Shown: positions 62,769 to 64,000 of the stretch, piece after piece
Layout of the letters: every line of letters starts with the position of its first letter
Position numbering within the stretch: the first letter of the stretch is position 1
Assembly: GCF_046105845.1 (NCBI RefSeq)
Contig: NZ_CP151004.1
Direction: 5' to 3' (one strand)
Length of the DNA: 64,000 nucleotides
Origin: Escherichia coli
GTDB lineage: Bacteria; Pseudomonadota; Gammaproteobacteria; Enterobacterales; Enterobacteriaceae
Made by a program: the position numbers and the translations under genes
Notes under the pieces: generated by a model
What the model was told of the DNA's origin: nothing
Database searches by the model: none
Seen by the model: only the letters and a program-made list of their open reading frames with translations

Positions 62769-63857
62769 TCAACCACCTGCTTTCATTACCCATTCAGAGA
62801 TAAATTTATTACCCGGTACTGGCGGAGAGTACAAATAGCCCTGCAAAAAGTGAACGCCTTTGCCGATCATTAAATCCGCCTGCTCCTGGGTTTCTACCCC
62901 TTCCGCCACGATACTCAGACCAGGCTTACGCGCCAGTTCGACAATATTGTCCACAATATGACCGGATATTTCGTCCACGCTCGCCATTTGCACAAATGAC
63001 TTATCGATCTTAATAAAATCGACCGGAAACGCCTGCAGATAACGATAGGTCGCATAACCCGTACCAAAGTCATCCAGCGCAAAGGTAATGTTGTGCTGAT
63101 GAAGGCTGTCAAATATCGCTCTGGCTTCTGGCGTTACCGGAATAGGGTTACGTTCCGTTAGCTCGAGAACCAGTTTGATTTTATCGTTACCTAATTTCTT
63201 AACCAGGTTCAGACACTCTTTTTCAAATCCCGCAGCCAAAAAACAACCCGCCGAGACGTTGATGCCAATATGGAAATTATCCGGCAGCAAATGTTTTACC
63301 GGCATCAGAATATCCGCAGTCTGTTTCATCAACTGGCGAGTCATTATGACGATAAGACCAGATGACTCCGCCAGAGGAATAAACTGATCCGGTGGGATAA
63401 TTCCCGTTTGTGGATGTTCCCAGCGGACAAGCACCTCACAGCCCGTCAGTACCCCAGTCTGCGCGCAGAAAACCGGTTGGATCCACGGTTTAAACTCATG
63501 GTTTTCCAACGCCAGACTGATGGCTTCAGGCGTGACGATATGGTGATAGTGATTATCATTAATATATTTGTGACTATTATTACCCGTGGCGGATATGATC
63601 TCCGGATTGTACTGAAAGAAAATATCCCGCCAGAAAGTAATATCACTCTGAATCCCCAGTTTCTCAAAGAGCTGTTTCTTTTGATGTGAAATGGTCTTTG
63701 CACTGCGATTTCTGTACTGTGATATTTCTGTTACAGACATTCCCTGCATCAGCAGCTTGAGTAGCAGTCGTTCTTTCTCGGATACGCTACCAGGCAATGA
63801 CAAATGAACCGTTGTACCGAACTCTTGCAGAAAAACACGAAAATCACATGAATTCAT
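62769..63857 (-). CDS. pdeL: c-di-GMP phosphodiesterase PdeL (LuxR-type HTH plus EAL domain)
   Basis: 362 aa from ATG 63857 (MNSCDFRVFLQEFGTT...); EAL motif (VLELTERNP). Confidence 0.9.
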   Translation of the reverse strand: MNSCDFRVFLQEFGTTVHLSLPGSVSEKERLLLKLLMQGMSVTEISQYRNRSAKTISHQKKQLFEKLGIQSDITFWRDIFFQYNPEIISATGNNSHKYINDNHYHHIVTPEAISLALENHEFKPWIQPVFCAQTGVLTGCEVLVRWEHPQTGIIPPDQFIPLAESSGLIVIMTRQLMKQTADILMPVKHLLPDNFHIGINVSAGCFLAAGFEKECLNLVKKLGNDKIKLVLELTERNPIPVTPEARAIFDSLHQHNITFALDDFGTGYATYRYLQAFPVDFIKIDKSFVQMASVDEISGHIVDNIVELARKPGLSIVAEGVETQEQADLMIGKGVHFLQGYLYSPPVPGNKFISEWVMKAGG

Positions 63858-64000
63858 GAACACACCTTTTATCTTTTATCGCTGTTCAGTATGAGTGATT
63901 ACCTGTGGATTCCTGAGCACACATAAGGGGTAACCATAAACATCAGCGATGCCATACGCATAACATCCCACATCACTATCAAAAAGATTATCTTTACCTC

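Overview
This window is a contiguous piece of Escherichia coli chromosome covering the classic lac region, in reverse orientation to K-12 map order (lacZ is on the + strand). Gene order is ampH (3' end) - yaiV - yaiT - hemB - tauDCBA - yaiS-yaiP-yaiX-yaiO - frmRAB - yaiL - mhpTEFDCBA / mhpR - lacI - lacZYA - cynXST / cynR - codAB - prpEDCB / prpR - yahO - yahN - yahM - yahL - yahK - [4-gene ABC transporter + small ASCH-like ORF] - yahJ-yahI-yahG-yahF-yahE-yahD / yahC - yahB - pdeL (yahA). Calls rest on reading the translated ORFs and recognising well-known proteins and operator/promoter sequences; no database search was run, so anything stated about K-12 is from memory. The strain is not K-12 MG1655: yaiT and yaiX are intact here (IS-disrupted in K-12 as I recall), the lac control region and lacI/lacZ carry several substitutions, and an ABC transporter operon sits between yahK and yahJ. 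No IS elements, CRISPR arrays, tRNA or rRNA genes were found. The ORF track uses ATG/GTG/TTG longest-ORF starts, so several starts were trimmed to the recognisable N-terminus. The most interesting part is 48.6-60.3 kb: an accessory CRP-controlled sugar-type ABC transporter and ASCH-like ORF next to the uncharacterised yahDEFGIJ cluster (Tat-exported amidohydrolase, carbamate kinase, FdrA/YlbE/YlbF-like paralogs), which together look like an undescribed periplasm-to-cytoplasm catabolic route ending in carbamoyl phosphate. A second candidate is the intact yaiS-yaiP-yaiX-yaiO module (deacetylase, GT2 glycosyltransferase, hexapeptide acyltransferase, outer-membrane barrel).
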